Of a DNA stretch of 64,000 nucleotides, positions 63,185-64,000 are shown piece by piece. The notes below the pieces were generated by a model that was given only the letters and a program-made list of their open reading frames with translations, was not told where the DNA came from and searched no databases. The position numbers and the translations under genes were made by a program. The first letter of the stretch is position 1, and each line of letters opens with the position of its first letter. The DNA comes from Xylographa opegraphella (Eukaryota): positions 124,001 through 188,000 of the forward strand of contig JALDZX010000010.1 of assembly GCA_022813865.1 (NCBI GenBank), read 5' to 3'.

Positions 63185-64000
63185 TCAAGCAACGCCTGCT
63201 CCCCTCTTCCTTCTGGAGAACATCCTGGAGAATCCTCCGCTCTCCTCTTTCTCTGGTGCACCATTTCTCCCATAGGCCCGCCCAGTACCCGTGACAATGA
63301 GTGGCTCGGGTGGACCACTGTTTTTCAAAAAGTCGGCTAAGTCCCGCATACTGTTCATGTCATCCCGAGCAGCAGGTCTTGCTTGAATAGGTCGCCCAGG
63401 AGATTTGGGGACGGCGCCACGCGGCCGATCCGTATGGACACTGGTCGGGGGGCTTGCAGGCTTATGCGCATCGAGCTTACTATGCGGCTGCTGAGTCTTA
63501 TATGAGGAGTCCTGTCGGGGGTCGCCATATGAGGGACCACGCGTTGCATCATTCTTGACACGCTGGCCAGGGTTGACGACATTGGCGGAAATCGGTGGAA
63601 GAGATTTCGTGGGTGGTTGTTCGGTAGCGGTGCTGGAGGAGCTGCTACGAGTGAAGCGAGAGCGTACGCTCGTACTGTTTTTACGTGCCATAGAACTCGA
63701 AACGTCGATCGGTGGCGGACTATTACCCGCTTGAGGCGGGGGCACGCTGTTTAGAAAATCAAGGAGACTCTCCTCCTTTTGCTGGGGTTTTGGAGTATGC
63801 GACTCGTCATCCCCGTCACTGTCAAATTCAATGGGATATGGATCTTTAACGCGTCGTTGCTTTCGCGCCGGTTGAATTGGATCCTCGTATCGTGCAGGTA
63901 GTTTCTCGGCCGCTGGTTGAGTAAACGCTTTGGGTGTTTGGCGGCTCGAAGAATCGAGAAGCCCCGTCCTAGAATTGACGGAAGAATGCAGGGACTTCGT
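63185..64000 (-). CDS. C-terminal part of a conserved fungal hypothetical protein (start lies outside the window)
   Basis: Frame is open from the window edge to the TGA at 63185. Motifs RKQRRVKDPYPI, EESLLDFLNSVPPP, DLADFLKNSGPPEP and basic tail FSRMFSRRKR. Confidence 0.7.
   Translation of the reverse strand, partial: TKSLHSSVNSRTGLLDSSSRQTPKAFTQPAAEKLPARYEDPIQPARKQRRVKDPYPIEFDSDGDDESHTPKPQQKEESLLDFLNSVPPPQAGNSPPPIDVSSSMARKNSTSVRSRFTRSSSSSTATEQPPTKSLPPISANVVNPGQRVKNDATRGPSYGDPRQDSSYKTQQPHSKLDAHKPASPPTSVHTDRPRGAVPKSPGRPIQARPAARDDMNSMRDLADFLKNSGPPEPLIVTGTGRAYGRNGAPEKEESGGFSRMFSRRKRGAGVA

Overview
Gene-dense window from a filamentous ascomycete (Pezizomycotina), judged by short GT-AG introns with CTRAY branch points and recognisable fungal orthologues. 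I rebuilt about 25 protein-coding genes by manual splicing. In order they are: LSB1/PIN3-like SH3 protein, Kv-beta-type aldo-keto reductase, DUF427, SNF1, AIR1/2, ORM1, an MFS monocarboxylate transporter, two unknown membrane proteins, RSM24, a HAD hydrolase, AP-3 mu, DUF4536/DMAC1-like, MGR3, SRAP/HMCES, an isochorismatase-AlkB-GST fusion, a sterol glucosyltransferase, MRM1, a Mit1-type CHD remodeler, ALG13, a CCCH protein, URA4, an ABCC transporter and a truncated conserved hypothetical. A ~7 kb accessory stretch (15.4-22.5 kb) carries a 14-bp minisatellite, decayed genes and an orphan B-box. The most unusual signals are (i) repeated GC-rich islands that switch from C-rich to G-rich regardless of gene strand, (ii) a three-domain isochorismatase/2OG-Fe dioxygenase/GST fusion with a degenerate hydrolase triad directly downstream of SRAP/HMCES, and (iii) several AAG/GAG splice acceptors. 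I found no intact transposon, tRNA, rRNA, CRISPR array or secondary-metabolite backbone gene. All family calls come from motif recognition, not database searches.
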